Source: Candidatus Omnitrophota bacterium (lineage in GTDB: Bacteria > Omnitrophota > Gorgyraeia > DAOVKU01). From it: a stretch of 37,195 bases of DNA. A program made the position numbers and the translations under genes. This document shows positions 36,701 to 37,195 of the stretch, one piece after another. The notes below the pieces were generated by a model. The model was not told the origin of the DNA. It did no database searches and worked only from the letters and a program-made list of their open reading frames with translations. Every line of letters starts with the position of its first letter. The first letter of the stretch is position 1. Where the stretch lies: NCBI GenBank assembly GCA_030631665.1, contig DAOVKU010000002.1, positions 1 to 37,195 of the forward strand, read 5' to 3'.

Positions 36701-37195
36701 AAAGCAAGTCTATCACCTTTGATTTTATTAGTGTAGGAACTGAGACTGCAGCTTGGTGTGAAGATTTTAATCCTATAAAACCAAGTTGGAACGAGGTTAG
36801 TGCTACTTGGAACGATATAGTAGGCACCACAGCCATTTTAACCGAAAGCGACCCCGCAGTTAGCTATGGCAAAGTCGAATCAGAAATTATCACCTTAGAT
36901 TTATCTGTATATCCTCAATTAATAGTGACTTCGACAGCTATAGATGAGAACTGTAGTTATCATATAGGCATCCAGGAAGAGGGTGGTGCTTATGCTTATA
37001 AGAATGTGATGGAGGACATTACCAAACTTGGCACCAACGTAGTTGATATTGCAACTGAAATGGGTTGGAGCGGCACCAAATCCTTTAAGATAGTTATCTG
37101 GGTTAATGGAGAAAGTAAATCTGTTACCTTTGACCTTATTAGTGTAGGAACTGAGACTGCAGCTTGGTGTGAAGATTTTAATCCTATAAAACCAA
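30703..37195 (+). CDS. Second giant secreted multi-domain glycan-active protein, 3'-truncated by the window edge (at least 2164 codons); absent from the ORF track
   Basis: ATG 30703 lies 5 nt after GAAGGAG. I translated frame 1 codon by codon to 37194 and found no stop. Signal peptide MKKFLLLGLVAGFFALNPFLAQA|TVW. Domains by eye:
- B-type module
- two jelly-roll CBM-like modules
- FN3
- the same uncharacterised catalytic-like core as giant 1
- two PAP-N-type FN3 domains (W.TDE..S.VEYG...YHYRV.S.D)
- at least 5 copies of a 137-aa module. Confidence 0.9.
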   Translation, partial: MKKFLLLGLVAGFFALNPFLAQATVWTEDFSDVSDWSAAEGTTFTSDGSAARLEDLSDGTGCTTWIGTRVSYQQGDFVSLTVSDIDSLQGAQWYYIIHQYNNAGSYIGQLDVFPPSTDIGIFNSYLTAHHPDLASYDPQLRIYTPGGSTGYAEFDDLSVVPADDVTFITFDNFDSHKWIPLPELDPPKQPTISYSPAYASQGTNALKVECPVWDPLIENNFTGLQISPQIPSNPGASVSEDWSNIETFKMEAWLEEIPDDPPGMVLRLRNSNGEQWDKWHVVQIYNRWNELSWNVTDCPSHIISDVAYVALVPDWYNDQTLPHLTLHLDDMRLSKSDGSQESWDTCDGPSHAWYADSNGSRAGLTHNDAYLTEAGSLFLGWLYGGIDNVAVANSGSIDPALDIYGCKYVKANIKCSNKNVPISLSFYDGSVEIETTTQTVSVANNWSLLVWAIPFDSTFNYKNIQRVKVITNDIDVYTDAYIYMDNLKFGANITTPTQFTIVSGDEKNKLYWRNPANPDLVGIEVIRNTAHYPTSRTDGTSIYNSTLEEREDYRSFEDALLTNGTTYYYSIFAYDASGDNDPAQNFGRPNFPIIISNDYYEISLSAHNGSMEYIKDKTTQENIIINSPNRALWEILFDENERHDASEFSSISSEKNFSYSTGGNTHTLVYDYNVDGEQFSIVITIEQTDSNYFDVMTQINNHFGKGIQEIKTKFYLDRSQVKRFFYPYKEGICYLKQFFTDKMKAWVNPKDNKAIYQHLFADFAALETDSGSNITFYMIQSSTERFQPTALIIDYDELFGDVNYYYQHKFFTYIYNDTSWTSPTYRIRVSSPLDTTVYDYAADNALDSPVTLESKVRDTYAYDPDLYDKLKNSIFVKTGFYDMIEQLSIDSHDIFNYVANTLMPMLPSPCILTVTHYWLPLDDSPDAVIEFTENNQPDALPPSPYYSSGNTYESAEQEFQNIFDKAHERNILVSPFSNSTVWNDLDEYTDAQREGVAKRYLDGGFTVTDFGQKGGYISSPWHPDVKVVNRRTIEGIGFFNDPSDPMYDPGSPYNEAGYKGYREYGADVLFEDQMAARPWDYDTNDSVPYLEDYPTLKDYTAYGEGMLRMAEEDCQRMPIFTEGLWDRMIDFMYGFCGSIIEKHWHLDKNHQRDSKYSHWGPEFENWEMYPMANLLTHHKVAFYQHNLTYWTLFCNKEPEDSNRNLLTYDAVYGYNLGFVVVEPVTETNLGWLRVGDAYQKALLSKTFGKKMIDFHNINGNNKHVQSQFESDSGTITIIGNFYEDVTYDMGDYTLSPLGFIATSENGDLVAGVFSNEFNNALLSSGEHYLIVEKSADGNIITVKQPRGTDTALIIDRPSDWINDNEIYLLKVLSNGTELLGDFTNKTATTLEFDFNVTDPVSGYSVNGYKIYGNQSSSIKPPFFISVPQARSAGPTSEKITWMTDEAANSLVEYGTTISYGSTVSDANYVTDHQIIITGLTESQTYHYRVQSTDVDGHTATSGDYTFVVGGTAWQEHFDPAKSTWVEQGITLTDEPGTTATLTESDPVNSYGKAESELITLDVDTYSKLLVTSTAVDTDCNYTIQIQEEGGAYASKNVIEGITQPGTQVVNIATVMGWSGVMSFKIGVWVDGEGKSVVLDLIEIKEADSNSPVITSGPGVSPGDTQATIIWTTDEEADSVVEYGLDANYGSSVSDTAMVIDHSLQLTGLTANILYHYRVKSTDPFGNTVTSSDYTFTTLAGGTAWQEHFDPAKSTWAEQGITLTDEPGTTATLTESDPVNSYGKLESEVITLSLSAYPQLIITSTAIDENCSYHIGIQEEGGAYAYKNVLEGIAQPGTNVVDIASEMGWSGTKSFKIIIWINGESKSAVFDLISIGTTTTAWIEHFDPIKPSWNEAGATWNDITGTTAILTENDPVLSYGKVESEVITLDLSTYPQLVVSTTSIDTNCSYNIGIQEEGGAYVYKNVLEGVSQPGSNVVDLAAEMGWSGLKSFKIVVWVNGESKSITFDFISVGTETAAWCEDFNPIKPSWNEVSATWNDIVGTTAILTESDPAVSYGKVESEIITLDLSVYPQLIVTSTAIDENCSYHIGIQEEGGAYAYKNVMEDITKLGTNVVDIATEMGWSGTKSFKIVIWVNGESKSVTFDLISVGTETAAWCEDFNPIKP
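32476..34962 (+). other. Uncharacterised catalytic-core-like region, copy in giant protein 2
   Basis: LPSPCILTVTHYW, ISSPWHPDV, DVLFEDQMAARPWDYD, MPIFTEGLWD, FYQHNL and HYLIVEKSADGNIITVKQP match giant-1 blocks in the same order. Confidence 0.65.
35233..37195 (+). repeat. In-frame tandem coding array of the 137-aa B-type module
   Basis: Module starts (GC(C/T) TGG = AW) fall at 35236, 35929, 36340, 36751 and 37162. The first interval is 693 bp (module plus FN3). The others are exactly 411 bp. The array runs off the window end. Confidence 0.9.

Noticed and set aside
31171-36836. Short ORFs listed in the last 6.5 kb: + strand frame 2 (32525..32749, 33488..33706, 33800..33991) and minus strand (31171..31389, 35520..35702, 36097..36354, 36201..36425, 36612..36836).
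   Set aside because: They are shadows of the unlisted frame-1 giant ORF at 30703..37195. The similar antisense pair 36201..36425 and 36612..36836 just reflects the 411-bp tandem repeat.
35233-37195. The regular 411-bp repeats as a CRISPR array or satellite.
   Set aside because: The period is far too long and there is no repeat/spacer alternation. The repeats are in frame and encode a conserved protein module. No cas genes are present.

Overview
All credible genes in this 37.2-kb AT-rich window lie on the + strand and form one glycan-processing and cell-surface super-locus. In order:

1. The 3' part of a GH94 phosphorylase, truncated by the window start.
2. A type IV pilus / T2SS-like motor cassette (PilB-PilT-PilB-PilC). 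No pilin, prepilin peptidase, secretin or alignment genes are in view.
3. A 2488-aa secreted or lipoprotein multi-domain enzyme, coupled by an ATGA overlap to a GH130 phosphorylase and followed by a GH65 phosphorylase.
4. A CUT1-type sugar ABC importer (lipoprotein binding protein plus two permeases), then a cytoplasmic 697-aa uncharacterised TIM-barrel-like enzyme, a LacI regulator and a complete GH94 phosphorylase. The enzyme/LacI and LacI/GH94 junctions are ATGA overlaps.
5. Three small secreted proteins built from an apparently undescribed ~140-aa module. The same module forms the N-terminus of both giant proteins.
6. A PEP-CTERM cohesin-like protein.
7. A second giant gene of at least 2164 codons (30703 to the window end). 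The supplied ORF track omits it because it has no stop codon in the window. It ends in a mosaic 411-bp tandem coding array.

Three promoters share a TTGAAG-NN-CTTCAA operator-like inverted repeat placed directly after the -10 box: those of both giant genes and of the PEP-CTERM gene.

I saw no rRNA, tRNA, CRISPR array, transposase or integrase. All minus-strand ORFs in the track look like shadows of + strand genes.

Family assignments come from motifs I recognise by eye. No database search was run.
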